Assembly (NCBI GenBank): GCA_963675595.2 | Contig: CAXXLZ010000001.1 | Location: 32,001-96,000, forward strand | Direction of reading: 5' to 3' | Origin: Thermodesulfobacteriota bacterium | Lineage (GTDB): Bacteria; Desulfobacterota; Desulfarculia; JACQYL01 | DNA: 64,000 nt | Shown: positions 50,153-60,966 of the stretch, one piece after another | Numbering within the stretch: position 1 is the first letter of the stretch | Layout of the letters: each line of letters starts with the position of its first letter | Notes under the pieces: generated by a model | Told to the model about the DNA's origin: nothing | What the model saw: only the letters and a program-made list of their open reading frames with translations | Databases searched by the model: none | Position numbers and translations under genes: made by a program

Positions 50153-51880
50153 ATGAGCCGTAGGCGTTACGCGGACCTATACATGTTGCCCGTTTCCATG
50201 GGCATCGGATTTCTTGCGGCGGCCGGGGCGGTCTTCTTTCGCGGCCTGGTCGAGGCGGCCCAGCTCGTGTTCTGGAATTCCGGAACGGGCTTTCTGGATC
50301 AGGTGATGCTGTCCCCTTGGTGGCTGAGGCTTCTGCTGCCCACAGCCGCGGGCCTGGTGGTGGGTCCGGTGATCGTCTACCTCGTTCCCGAGGTCCGAGG
50401 ATCGGGTATACCGGAAGTCATCCTGTCCGTGTCCACCCGGCAAAGCACGATTCGACATCGGGTGACTTTGGTGAAAGCCGCGGTGACCGGTCTTCTTATC
50501 GGAGCCGGGGCTTCGGTGGGACGAGAAGGTCCCATTGTTCAGATCGGCGCCTCCATCGGTTCTTCCATCGCGCGCTTGTTCAGGCTGAACCCTGCTTTGA
50601 GACGGGTTTGCCTGGCCGCGGGGGCCGCCGCCGGCATCTCGGCCACCTTCAATGCGCCCATTGCCGGGACTCTGTTCGCGGTGGAAATCATTCTTATGGA
50701 CGTGGAGGTCGAATACGTCGGCCACATTATGATCGCCTCCATCACGGGGACCGTACTGTCTCGGATATTCTGGGGAGAATTTCCCCGGTTCGAAATTGTC
50801 GGATTCGAACTGACCCATCACTGGGAGCTTGGATTCTACCTGCTTCTGGGGATTCTTGCGGGCCTGACCGCCTTGGTGTTCAGCCGGGCCGTGATGACCA
50901 CGGACGAACTCTTTTCTCGTGTGAGAATTCCGGCCTGGATCAAGCCCGCTCTGGGCGGCCTGCTGTTGGGGCTCATCGGACTCAAGCTTCCTCACGTCAT
51001 GGGCGTGGGGTATGAGGCGGTGAACCTTTCATTGTCCAACAGCCTGCCGCTGCAATTGGCGCTGTTGATCCTGGCCGGAAAGATACTGGCCACCTCCTGC
51101 TGTATCGGATCCGGCATGAGCGGGGGAATCCTGGCACCTTCCATGGTGGTGGGTTCGGTGGTCGGCGCCGCATTGGGCCTCGCCGCGGACCGGTTCTTTC
51201 CCGGGCTCGGACTGAACCCGAGCGACTACGCCCTGGCCGGCATGGGGGCCGTTGTGGCGGGAACCACACTGGCGCCTATGACTGCGATCCTGACCATTTT
51301 CGAACTGACATACTCCTATCAGATCATCGTGCCTCTCATGGTGGTCTGCATTTCGAGTACTCTGGTGGTGAAACTGCTGTCCGGGTATTCGATTTACGAA
51401 ATGAAGCTCATCAAGAGCGGGGCCAACGTGGTGAGAGGGCACGATGCCGCCGTGCTTAGGGACCTGCAGGTTGGAAGTTTCATGCAGCGGGGGTTCGATT
51501 CCTTGCTCGATGCCTCCTGCCTGCGAGAGGTGGTGGACCGAACAATCAAGTCCCCCTATCCGCATTTTGTGGTCGTGGACAGGGAAGAGAGCATGGTGGG
51601 CGTGCTGAGTTTGAGAGATCTCAGGTCCTCTCTCGACAAGTATGAGGAACTGCAGGACATTGTGGTAGCGGCGGATCTCATGACCCGCGAAGTGGTAACC
51701 ATTGCCGGGGGGGACTCTCTGGAAAAGGCGTTCGACCTCTTCGAAAGGCATCGAGTTTCTTTTCTCCCGGTGGTGGATCCCGACGACCCCCGCAAAGTCT
51801 TGGGCGTGCTGAAGAAGGACGACGTAATTCAGGCCTACGAGGAACGGGTCCTTAAAGACCGGATACTATCCTCCTCGTGA
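50153..51880 (+). CDS. CLC chloride channel / antiporter with CBS pair
   Basis: GSGIPE, GREGP, FNAPIAG, GGILAP, and C-terminal CBS domains. Confidence 0.95.
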   Translation: MSRRRYADLYMLPVSMGIGFLAAAGAVFFRGLVEAAQLVFWNSGTGFLDQVMLSPWWLRLLLPTAAGLVVGPVIVYLVPEVRGSGIPEVILSVSTRQSTIRHRVTLVKAAVTGLLIGAGASVGREGPIVQIGASIGSSIARLFRLNPALRRVCLAAGAAAGISATFNAPIAGTLFAVEIILMDVEVEYVGHIMIASITGTVLSRIFWGEFPRFEIVGFELTHHWELGFYLLLGILAGLTALVFSRAVMTTDELFSRVRIPAWIKPALGGLLLGLIGLKLPHVMGVGYEAVNLSLSNSLPLQLALLILAGKILATSCCIGSGMSGGILAPSMVVGSVVGAALGLAADRFFPGLGLNPSDYALAGMGAVVAGTTLAPMTAILTIFELTYSYQIIVPLMVVCISSTLVVKLLSGYSIYEMKLIKSGANVVRGHDAAVLRDLQVGSFMQRGFDSLLDASCLREVVDRTIKSPYPHFVVVDREESMVGVLSLRDLRSSLDKYEELQDIVVAADLMTREVVTIAGGDSLEKAFDLFERHRVSFLPVVDPDDPRKVLGVLKKDDVIQAYEERVLKDRILSSS

Positions 51881-52160
51881 AACCGAACGTCTCGCTCACT
51901 TTTCTTAACAATCCGTTAAACCGAGGCGCCTTGAGGAAGGTCGAGATTACCGACGCCGCGATCCCTTGACAACTCGTCCCGTAAAGGCATATCAAAGGCC
52001 GTTGAAAAGGGCGGGACGTCCGTCGGCTGCCTTTCCCATCGTCCTCAGGGACGGATCCTTTCCTGCGACCCGGGACCGGAACAGGTTCGGCGAGAGCCGA
52101 CGGGCTCGGGCGTTCTGATTTCCCAGATTTCGGACAAACTGTGAATTGGAGGTATGGCTC

Positions 52161-53102
52161 GTGATACACGTGGAGCATCTCACCAAAGATTACGGTGGAA
52201 TTGAAGCGATCCGGGACGTGGACTTCGATGTGGAAAAAGGGGAGATCGTAGGATTCCTCGGTCCCAACGGTGCCGGCAAAACCACGACCATGAAGATTCT
52301 TACGGGATTTATGCCGCCCACGTCCGGCAAAGCCGTCATTGACGGTTTCAATGTGCTGGAGCAATCCATAGAGACCAGGCAACGGATTGGATATCTAGCC
52401 GAAAGTGTACCTCTGTATGGAGTGATGACCGTGGAGCGGTTCCTCGGTTTCGTGGCGGAGGCCAAGGGGGTCGAAAGCAAGGAGCGGTCTCGGGAAGTCG
52501 GCCGGGTTTGTGAAGCCTGCGGCTTGGAAGGAGTGCGTAAACGGATCATTTCGCACCTGTCCAAAGGTTACCGGCAGCGTGTGGGATTGGCACAGGCACT
52601 CATCAGCAATCCACCGTTGCTTATTCTGGATGAGCCCACCATCGGTCTCGACCCCACGCAGATCGTTGAAATCCGAAATCTGATCCTGGGGCTTCGGGAG
52701 AGCCACACCGTGTTGCTTTCCTCTCATATTTTGCCTGAGGTGAGTCAGGTCTGCGAACGAGTCATCATCATCAACAAGGGCCGTATCGTGGCCACGGACA
52801 GCCCGCGCAGCCTTCAGAGCGGGCGAAAAGGAGGGGACCTCATCCGGTTGGAGGTTCGGGGACCCCAAAGTGAAATCGCTCGGGTACTCACAGAGGTACC
52901 GGGAATCACCAACGTAGCGCAGGATCGGGGACCCGGCGAATTCGAGGTTCGAGTCGAGCCCGGCAAGGACGTCCGGCCCGTCATTGCCCAACAAGTCGTG
53001 AACAATGGCTGGGAATTACTGGAAATTCACCGCGTGGCCTTGAGTCTCGAGGACGTTTTCGTGCAACTGGTGACCGAGGAGGAAGAGGGGGAACAGTCAT
53101 GA
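52161..53102 (+). CDS. ABC transporter ATP-binding protein (GldA-like)
   Basis: GPNGAGKT, LSKGYRQR, ILDEPT, SSH; GGAGGT RBS before the GTG. Confidence 0.93.
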   Translation: MIHVEHLTKDYGGIEAIRDVDFDVEKGEIVGFLGPNGAGKTTTMKILTGFMPPTSGKAVIDGFNVLEQSIETRQRIGYLAESVPLYGVMTVERFLGFVAEAKGVESKERSREVGRVCEACGLEGVRKRIISHLSKGYRQRVGLAQALISNPPLLILDEPTIGLDPTQIVEIRNLILGLRESHTVLLSSHILPEVSQVCERVIIINKGRIVATDSPRSLQSGRKGGDLIRLEVRGPQSEIARVLTEVPGITNVAQDRGPGEFEVRVEPGKDVRPVIAQQVVNNGWELLEIHRVALSLEDVFVQLVTEEEEGEQS

Positions 53103-53869
53103 AAGGTTTTCTCGCGGTCTACAAGAAGGAAATGTACTCGTCCATGGCATCACCCATCTTCTACGTAACGACCTTCATCTTCGTAGGCCTGATGGGCTAC
53201 TTCTTCTACGCTTCGGTCGCCTATTACAGCCTGGTGAGCTACCAGGCGGCCCAAAATCCCTACATGGTTTCCGAGCTGAACTTGACGGCGGCCGTGGTTC
53301 GTCCCTTTTTCGGGGACATGGCCATCGTCATGCTTTTTCTGCTGCCCCTTTTCACCATGAGGCTCTTCGCCGAAGAGAAGAAGTCGGGTACGGTGGAGCT
53401 GCTGTTCACCCTTCCCATTCGGAGCGGCGGCCTGACGTTGGGTAAATACGCTTCGGCCGTGTCGGTATTCTGTATTATGCTCCTGGGGACGGTTCCCATG
53501 ATCGTGCTCTTGGGAAGTTTCGGAAATCCGGATTGGGGAGTGGTGGTCTCCTGCTATTTGGGGGTCCTGTTGCTGGCATCGGCGTTCATTTCGCTGGGAA
53601 TGTTCGTTTCCTCTTTGACGGAAAACCAGATCGTGGCTGCGGCCGTTTCATTCGGTACGCTGCTGTTTTTCTGGCTGATTGGGTGGGTCAAATCCTACAT
53701 CCAGGGAGTGCCGGGAGACGTAGCGGAATATCTTGCGATCCTCGGGCACCTGGACGACTTGCTGAAAGGTCTGATCGACAGCCGGGACGTGCTCTATTAC
53801 GTTTTGTTCAGCCTGTTCTTCTGCTTTTGCACCCTGAGAACCCTGGATTCCCGGAGATGGAGGTCATAG
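53099..53869 (+). CDS. ABC-2 permease (GldF-like)
   Basis: TMRLFAEEKKSGTVELLFTLP, GKY, SSLTENQIVAA. Confidence 0.9.
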   Translation: MKGFLAVYKKEMYSSMASPIFYVTTFIFVGLMGYFFYASVAYYSLVSYQAAQNPYMVSELNLTAAVVRPFFGDMAIVMLFLLPLFTMRLFAEEKKSGTVELLFTLPIRSGGLTLGKYASAVSVFCIMLLGTVPMIVLLGSFGNPDWGVVVSCYLGVLLLASAFISLGMFVSSLTENQIVAAAVSFGTLLFFWLIGWVKSYIQGVPGDVAEYLAILGHLDDLLKGLIDSRDVLYYVLFSLFFCFCTLRTLDSRRWRS

Positions 53870-55375
53870 ATGAGCGGACTTTCTCTGAAACTCAGATTCG
53901 GAGTCAACGCCGGACTGGCCACAGCGCTCTTTCTGGGGATTCTGGTCGTGGCGGCCTTGATTGCGAACAATCACCCGTATCGGGTCGATCTTACGGACAA
54001 AGGAACACACACTTTGTCCCCTCAAACAAAAAAGATCGTCCGGGGACTGACCGGAGAGGTGAAACTCTGGGCCTTTTATTTCGAGGGAGAGCAGGAGCGC
54101 TCCAAGACCCGTGACCTTCTGAACGCCTATGCGTACCAGTCTCCGAAGATCGTCTATGAATTCGTGGACCCCGAGCTGAAACCCGCCATTGTGCGAAAGT
54201 ATGACGTGAAGTCCGCGGGCACCGTGGTACTTGAAGGGTACGGTAAGACCCAGACGGTGACCCTGCCTTCGGAGCAGTCCATTACCAACGCCCTGATCAA
54301 GCTCACCTCGTCTCTGGAAAAGAAAGTGTATTTCCTGACCGGACACGGTGAACGGGAACTGGATGATTCCGAGCGCGCAGGATATCAGCAGCTCAAGCAG
54401 GCATTGGAAAAGGAAAACTACCGAGCCGAGAAGCTGAACCTTCTGCGCGAGTCGGCCGTGCCCGAAGATGCCGCGGTTGTTGTGGCAGCCGCCCCTCAGA
54501 AGCGCTTTCTCGACGCGGAGATCGAGAGCCTCAAGGGTTACCTGGCCAAGGGCGGGCGTATCCTGGTCATGCTTCAGCCTTTCTCCGACGGCGGCTTGAA
54601 AGACTTACTGGCAGGCTACGGAATCGTCATCTCGGAGGACATCGTGGTGGATCCCCTGAGCAGGGCCATGGGGGGAGACTTTCTGGTTCCTATCGTGGCC
54701 ACCTCGGGTAACCATCCCATCGCGGCCAATACTCGGTCCAACATGATCTTTCCTCAAGCCAGATCCACGTCGAAAGCGGATGAGCTTCCGCCCGGGGTGT
54801 CCATTGAAGAACTTGTGGTCACGTCCCCCGGAAGCTGGGCCGAAACGGGCATGGATGAATTGGATAAGGGCGAGGTCCGCTTCACCGAGGGCAAAGACAC
54901 TCCCGGCCCGCTGACCGTGGGACTCATCGCCGACATCAAGGAGCCGAAGAAGGACACCGACGGAGCCGTATCCGGCGAAGAATCGGAAGAAGCGTCCGTG
55001 GGCGCCGAGGGCGAGGAATCCATAACGCCGAAAGACGGCGACGCGGAGGCCGGGTCGGAAAAGACGGCCGACACGGAAGCCTCGGAAGACGTTCCGGACC
55101 CGGAGGGCGTACTAGTGGTCTACGGCAATGCGGATTTCGCCAACAATACTTTTCTGAGCATGTTGGGCAACCGTGATCTTATTTTGAACACCGTGAGCTA
55201 CTTGTCCGAAGACCGAGATCAGGTCTCCATTCGCCCCAAGGAAGCGGACTTTCAGCCTTTGACCCTCTCCAGGAATCAGAGCCTCGTCCTGTTCTGGATT
55301 TCCATCGTGTTGATGCCCTTGATCGTTCTGATCCTTGGGATTGCCGTGTATCGAATCAGGAGGCAACACCGATGA
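53870..55375 (+). CDS. GldG-family ABC auxiliary protein
   Basis: DLTDKGTHTLS, VYFLTGHGE, GNRDLILNTVSYL; N- and C-terminal TMs. Confidence 0.88.
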   Translation: MSGLSLKLRFGVNAGLATALFLGILVVAALIANNHPYRVDLTDKGTHTLSPQTKKIVRGLTGEVKLWAFYFEGEQERSKTRDLLNAYAYQSPKIVYEFVDPELKPAIVRKYDVKSAGTVVLEGYGKTQTVTLPSEQSITNALIKLTSSLEKKVYFLTGHGERELDDSERAGYQQLKQALEKENYRAEKLNLLRESAVPEDAAVVVAAAPQKRFLDAEIESLKGYLAKGGRILVMLQPFSDGGLKDLLAGYGIVISEDIVVDPLSRAMGGDFLVPIVATSGNHPIAANTRSNMIFPQARSTSKADELPPGVSIEELVVTSPGSWAETGMDELDKGEVRFTEGKDTPGPLTVGLIADIKEPKKDTDGAVSGEESEEASVGAEGEESITPKDGDAEAGSEKTADTEASEDVPDPEGVLVVYGNADFANNTFLSMLGNRDLILNTVSYLSEDRDQVSIRPKEADFQPLTLSRNQSLVLFWISIVLMPLIVLILGIAVYRIRRQHR

Positions 55376-56729
55376 GATACCGCAAACACATGGTATACGC
55401 CGCCGTCCTGATCATTCTGCTGGGGTATTATGCCTATTTCGAAGTATTTCGAGCCGAGCAGCGGGAACAGAAGGAAGAAGCGGACAAGAAGGTCTTCGCA
55501 CTGGAACCGGATACGGTGGACCATGTGGCGCTTTCCGGGAAAGACCGGCCTAAGATCGTTCTGACTCGCGGAGAAGAGAAATCCTGGCGCCTTCAGTCGC
55601 CTGTGGAATCCGAGCGGACGGAATGGAAGTCGAAGAGCTTTTAGGCCGTCTCAAGAACCTGAGCCGGGTAAAAAAGGTGGCGGACAAGGCTGAGAATCTC
55701 GCCCAATTCGGCTTGGACCAACCTGAGTTGAGCATACGGTATCGCACGCCGTCGGGTTGGCGCGAGCTCCTACTGGGAGCCAAGAGTCCCGTGGGGCAGG
55801 AAATTTACGCGAAGGTGGGGGACAACGACGAGGTGTTCCTGGTCGCTGCCATGGACAAGAACGTGCTGGGCAAGAGTCTGTTTGATCTGAGGGAGAAGCG
55901 GTTGTTTCCCTTCGGAACGGACGAGGTTGACGCCGTTGAATGGAAGAACGGGAATCTTCATGTCGCACTGTCCCGAGACGAAGACGGGCGATGGGTCCTC
56001 AAAGGCAACGAGGATTTCAAAGTAGACCGGAAGCGAGTGGACGAGGTCGTCCGCAATTTCTGTTGGGCTCGAGTCCGTGAGTTCGTTCAGGAAGACGACG
56101 TAGCGTTGGACAAATACGGCTTGGTTGAGCCGTCGGCCGAGGCGACTTTGGCCAAAGGCGGAAACTCTCAAACACTGTATTTGGGAGCGAAAACCAAAGA
56201 CGGTAAGGTCTATGCCAAGCTCAAAGGCCGTTTGGGGGTGGTGGCCCTGGAGGATCGTGTAATCGCCGACTTGCCCGCTTCCCTGTCGGACATCGAGGAT
56301 CGTTCCATCCTTTCCTTGGACGAAGACCAAGTGGGTGGTCTATCCTGGAAACGGGGGGACGAAGAGTACGTCCTGAAAAAGAGCAAGGAAGACTTCCGCT
56401 GGGCCTTTGAACGGCCTGAAAAACTGAAGAAGAAAGCGCTCGAATCCTGGAAGGCGGACGCCGTTGTTTCCTCTCTCGTTCGTCTGGAGCGCCTGGAAGA
56501 ACCGGACTCCGTACCCGAAGACTTGCGGGAACCCCGACTTGAACTTACAGTAAGTGATAAGGACAATAACAGCTTGGTGAGTCTGATCTTCGGCAAATCG
56601 GGGGACGAAAGCGAAATCGTGTCCGTGGGAATCCGCACCGGGGATACGATCAGACCGTTCCTGGTTTCCGGAGAAAAGGTGAGAGAAGTCGAGGCGAAAC
56701 TCAAAGATCTGGAGGGGGACGCTTCATGA
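55372..56729 (+). CDS. DUF4340-domain protein, frameshifted at about 55614
   Basis: Adding one G gives WRLQSPVESEADGMEVEELL; repeated FGLDQP/YGLVEP motifs; usual partner of GldG. Confidence 0.8.
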
Positions 56730-56926
56730 CGTTCGAACAGTATAAAGATCTGGAAGCCAGCGAACTATATTGCCCGAAATGCAAAGCCGCCATGCCCGTG
56801 AGAAAACGGCTCTTGCTGGTCCTGCCCACAGGGGAGAAATATGATTATTACTGTGTCCGCTGCGGTACGTCGGTGGGAGACAAGACAAGCCGGAACCCGG
56901 ATGCGTTTCGTATTCTCAAGCCGTAG
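56726..56926 (+). CDS. Small zinc-ribbon protein
   Basis: CPKC..CVRCG; ATGA overlap with the DUF4340 stop. Confidence 0.75.
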   Translation: MTFEQYKDLEASELYCPKCKAAMPVRKRLLLVLPTGEKYDYYCVRCGTSVGDKTSRNPDAFRILKP

Positions 56927-56946
56927 GCCGCCAAAGTGAGGAAATC

Positions 56947-58104
56947 ATGAATGCCGCCGACTTGAGTTACGAGGTGGGGCCCATCCGTCCGCCCAACGAG
57001 TCCAAGAGCCTTCTTCTTCGTCTCACCCGGAACTGCCCATGGAACCAATGCTTGTTTTGTCCCATCTACAAACGCAAGAAATTTTCTCTCAGGGCGGTGG
57101 ACGACATCAAAAAGGACATCCGGACCGCGAGGGATATCTACGACGAGATCAAGACATTCTCTTTTCGGTCGGGTTTCGGCGGACAAGTGAACGACGCGGT
57201 CCTGAGCGGCATTATGACGGCAACCGCCCTGAACGACAGCTTCCGTCAGGTGGCCGTTTGGATGTATTACGACACACGCGCCTGTTTCCTCCAGGATGCG
57301 GACAATCTGGTCATGCGGACCGACGACCTTGAGGAAGTCCTTCTGTTCCTGAGAGAGAAGTTTCCCGATTTGGCGAGAGTGACCACCTATTCGCGATCCC
57401 GAACCGTTGTTCGAAAGTCCTTGGAAGCGTTGAGGCGTTTACGCGAAGCCGGGCTGAATCGGATTCATATCGGCCTCGAAACCGGATACGATCCTCTGCT
57501 CAAGCTCATGAAGAAGGGGGTAACCCAGGCGCAACACATCGAGGCGGGTCAAAGAGCCATCGAGGCGGGCATGGAAGTCAGCGAGTATGTCATGCCGGGT
57601 TTGGGCGGCAGAGCCATGTGGCGTGAACACGCCGTTGAGACGGCTAAGACGCTCAACGCGATTAATCCTCACTTCATCCGCTTGCGGAGTCTTAGAATTC
57701 CCAAAAGAATTCCTTTGTTCGAGCTGGCCCAAAAAGGCGAATTCGAGCTCCCCGGCGACGATGAGGTTGCTCGTGAAATTCGGGTGTTCCTTGAGCACCT
57801 TGAGGGTATTACCAGTACTTTGACGAGCGACCACATCATGAACCTGCTCGAGGAAGTGGAAGGCAAACTGCCGGGGGACAAGGCTCACATGATCGCTGTG
57901 GTGGATCGGTACCTGAATCTACCGGAAAAGGAGAAGCTCATTTATCGGGTGGGGCGAAGGGGAGGCGTGTTCCGGAGCCTGGACGATCCGGACCGGAAGC
58001 CGGATACCTGTAAAAAGATCGAAAACCTCGTGACCGGCATGACGACGAACGGCCCTCAGGAACTGGAACGGTACATCAAAGAGATGGTGGATCAGTACAT
58101 CTGA
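56947..58104 (+). CDS. Radical SAM protein
   Basis: IRPPNE..TRNCPWNQCLFC, FLQDAD, HIGLETG, SDH; GAGG RBS. Confidence 0.9.
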   Translation: MNAADLSYEVGPIRPPNESKSLLLRLTRNCPWNQCLFCPIYKRKKFSLRAVDDIKKDIRTARDIYDEIKTFSFRSGFGGQVNDAVLSGIMTATALNDSFRQVAVWMYYDTRACFLQDADNLVMRTDDLEEVLLFLREKFPDLARVTTYSRSRTVVRKSLEALRRLREAGLNRIHIGLETGYDPLLKLMKKGVTQAQHIEAGQRAIEAGMEVSEYVMPGLGGRAMWREHAVETAKTLNAINPHFIRLRSLRIPKRIPLFELAQKGEFELPGDDEVAREIRVFLEHLEGITSTLTSDHIMNLLEEVEGKLPGDKAHMIAVVDRYLNLPEKEKLIYRVGRRGGVFRSLDDPDRKPDTCKKIENLVTGMTTNGPQELERYIKEMVDQYI

Positions 58105-58173
58105 GTTCACAATTACGGTTCCGCCTGTTGAGAAACGAGATCCGACCATCGGAGGCGGTGAGGCCCGTTAGAG

Positions 58174-58222
58174 AAGCTTTGGATGGGGTACGGGGGAAGA
58201 CTTCCTCGAAAGTCTTCCCCCG
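58174..58222 (+). repeat. REP-like hairpin between convergent genes
   Basis: GCTTTGGATGGGGTACGGGGGAAGACTTCCTCGAAAGTCTTCCCCCG; the hairpin differs by one base from 42902-42931. Confidence 0.8.
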
Positions 58223-58287
58223 TGAATGCATATGCTGGTTTTGCCCCGGTTGGGTGTGGGCTGAAAATGGCACGGGCGGGGCCCTCT

Positions 58288-58770
58288 TCAGCCGGAGGCC
58301 GCCGACACGGCGTTGGCGTCGAGAAAGTCCTGAAGCTTTCGTACGTGTTGTTTTTCTTCTTCAATGACTTGATTCAGCTGTAATCGGGTCTCCTCCTTCT
58401 CGACTACGGACGCGATCATCTCATAGAACAGCACCGTATCCCGCTCGAATTCCAGGGCTGTGTCGACCAGTTCACGGACTTGTTCCATAGCGGGTATGTC
58501 CTTGTCCTGCAGCGAAAAAGCGCTTTCTCCCACGGCGTCTCGCAGCATCCTTCTCCCCAGTTCTTCCAGGTCCGGATTCGTGTGCACGCCTTTGGTGAGC
58601 TGCCGCATCTCCTGGAACCAACGGATGTGTGCTTCCTCTTCTTCGGCAAGCCATTGGAGCATGGACATCAGATCAGGATCGGAAACCTGTTCCATGGCTT
58701 GGCGGTAGACTTTGCTCCCATTTTTTTCCAACTGCACGGCAACGTCCAATATGTCGGCGATGGTAAACAT
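58288..58770 (-). CDS. Ferritin-like / rubrerythrin-domain protein
   Basis: AVQLEKNG..Y, EEEAH, ALEFE..FY, EEKQH di-iron motifs; GGAG RBS. Confidence 0.88.
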   Translation of the reverse strand: MFTIADILDVAVQLEKNGSKVYRQAMEQVSDPDLMSMLQWLAEEEEAHIRWFQEMRQLTKGVHTNPDLEELGRRMLRDAVGESAFSLQDKDIPAMEQVRELVDTALEFERDTVLFYEMIASVVEKEETRLQLNQVIEEEKQHVRKLQDFLDANAVSAASG

Positions 58771-58987
58771 GACGGCTCTCCGATGCAAAGAAGACACATT
58801 TTGGACGGCTTCGGCCATAACCGGTCCGTCCCAGTTCCGACGGAATCAGCGATGAATTCATCCTGTCCCATTGACGGGAGCCGTGTCAACCCTCCGGGCG
58901 ATGTGAAAAAGGTCCGGCGTCGTCGGTTTGTTCGACTGTGCGATCCGAAGGCTTGAATCGTTGCGAAACCCTTTCATTGAGAAAGCA

Positions 58988-60928
58988 ATGAACCCATCAC
59001 ACGAAAGATTTATCCCCATGTCCCGACCGGAAATGGACCGGTTGGGTTGGGATGTCCTTGACGTCCTTTTGGTAAGCGGAGACGCTTATGTGGACCATCC
59101 CGCCTTCGGCACCGCTCTTCTGGCCAGGCTTCTGGAATCTCACGGATACCGCGTGGGCATTGTGGCTCAGCCGCGATGGGACGGCTTGGAGGACGTGACG
59201 CGATTGGGACGACCTCGGCTGTTCGCCGGTGTGGGAGCGGGCGCGCTGGATTCCATGTTGGCCCACTACACGGCGTTTCGAAAGAAACGGAAAGAGGACG
59301 CGTACTCACCCGGGGGGCGGGCGGGCCTCAGGCCCAATCGTGCCTGTATCGTTTACGCCAATCTGGTGAAGCGGGCTTTCCCCGGACTTCCCGTGGTCTT
59401 GGGGGGAATCGAGGCCTCTTTGCGGCGGGTGAGTCATTATGATTTCTGGTCCGACCGGGTTCGGCGTTCCATTCTTTTGGACAGTAAGGCCGATCTTCTG
59501 ATTTACGGCATGGCGGAGCGAGCCGTTGTGGAAACCGCGGACCGTCTCGCCGATGCGGCGGCCGAAGGACGAACCGATGAAACGGTCCTGAGAGGCATTC
59601 CGGGCACCGTATTCGCGGGTTCCGTGGAGGACGTGCCCGAGGGGGCTCCCCTGGTGGAACTGCCTTCTCATGAAGATATCCTGCGTTTGCCGGAGAAGCT
59701 CATGGAGGCGACGCCGGCCATGGAAATGCAGGTGCACGGCCGCGTCTCCTGGGCGTTCCAAAGAAGCGGGGATCGAACCGTGATGGTCGCTCCCCCGGCG
59801 GAACCGCTGAGCACTGAAGAAATGGACCAATTGTACGCATTGCCGTTTCAACGCCTGCCTCACCCCGACTACCGGGAACCCATCCCCGCGGCCGCCATGA
59901 TTCAATCAAGTATTACGAGCCACCGGGGTTGCGGTGGTGGATGCTCTTTCTGCTCCCTGGCGCTTCACCAGGGTCGACGGGTTCAGTCGAGGAGCCGCGA
60001 GTCGATTCTCTCGGAGGTGAAGCGGATGTCGGCGAGTCCGGAATTCAAAGGCGGTATCAGCGACGTAGGAGGTCCCACAGCGAATCTATGGGCCGCCCGG
60101 TGCGTGGAGGAAGGTCCCTGTAAGCGTCGGAGTTGCCTTTACCCGAGGGTCTGCCCCAAACTCGCCGTGGACTTGGAGGCCGGAGTGGAATTGCTGCGGG
60201 CCGTGGCCGGAGTGCCGGGCGTGAAACACGTCCGCGTGGCTTCGGGGCTTCGTTTCGACCTCGCCCTGCGGAATCCGCCTGCGCTTAGGGGGTTCATCCA
60301 TGAGTTCGTGGGCGGGCAATTGAAACTGGCGCCCGAACATGTCGTGGATTCGATTCTTGATCTCATGCGTAAACCGGGCGTCGCGCTTTTCGAGAAGTTT
60401 CTGGACCTTTTTTACGAAGAGTCCAAACGGGCCGGCAAGGAGCAGTATGTGGTGCCGTACTTCATGAGCGCCTTTCCGGGGTGCCGGGAGGAGGATATGA
60501 AGGAACTCGGCCATTGGCTGAGCCGTCGGAATTGGCGACCCAGACAGGTGCAATGCTTCATCCCAACGCCGGGAACCGTGGCTTCCGCCATGTATTATGC
60601 CGAGATCGACCCCAAGGGGCATCCCATCCACGTGGCGAAGAGCGACGCGGAACGATTGAGGCAGCACCATATCCTGCTCCCCAAAGAGTCGTCTTCCACA
60701 GAGGAACGAACATCCGACAAGGAAAGAACATCATCCAGGGGAAAGTCTCACTTTAGGAAGGAAACATCCGCGAGAACGGGAGCACCCGCACAAAAGAAGA
60801 CGTCGAGCGGGGAGAGGACGTTGAGAACGGCCGGCCCGGTCCGCGCGGTGCAAGGGAGAACAAAGAGTCGTTCCGAGAGTTCGAGGACTCCCCGACGCCG
60901 GGGAGGAGGTGGCGGAAGAACGAAATGA
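58988..60928 (+). CDS. ygiQ: YgiQ-family (UPF0313) radical SAM protein
   Basis: GDAYVDHPAFG, GGIEASLRR..HYDFWSD, HRGCGGGCSFC, DVGGPTAN, APEH, QVQCFIPTP. Confidence 0.92.
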   Translation: MNPSHERFIPMSRPEMDRLGWDVLDVLLVSGDAYVDHPAFGTALLARLLESHGYRVGIVAQPRWDGLEDVTRLGRPRLFAGVGAGALDSMLAHYTAFRKKRKEDAYSPGGRAGLRPNRACIVYANLVKRAFPGLPVVLGGIEASLRRVSHYDFWSDRVRRSILLDSKADLLIYGMAERAVVETADRLADAAAEGRTDETVLRGIPGTVFAGSVEDVPEGAPLVELPSHEDILRLPEKLMEATPAMEMQVHGRVSWAFQRSGDRTVMVAPPAEPLSTEEMDQLYALPFQRLPHPDYREPIPAAAMIQSSITSHRGCGGGCSFCSLALHQGRRVQSRSRESILSEVKRMSASPEFKGGISDVGGPTANLWAARCVEEGPCKRRSCLYPRVCPKLAVDLEAGVELLRAVAGVPGVKHVRVASGLRFDLALRNPPALRGFIHEFVGGQLKLAPEHVVDSILDLMRKPGVALFEKFLDLFYEESKRAGKEQYVVPYFMSAFPGCREEDMKELGHWLSRRNWRPRQVQCFIPTPGTVASAMYYAEIDPKGHPIHVAKSDAERLRQHHILLPKESSSTEERTSDKERTSSRGKSHFRKETSARTGAPAQKKTSSGERTLRTAGPVRAVQGRTKSRSESSRTPRRRGGGGGRTK

Positions 60929-60966
60929 GGGTGATGGGGAACCGGCTCTTTGGCTGTTTGCCGGTT

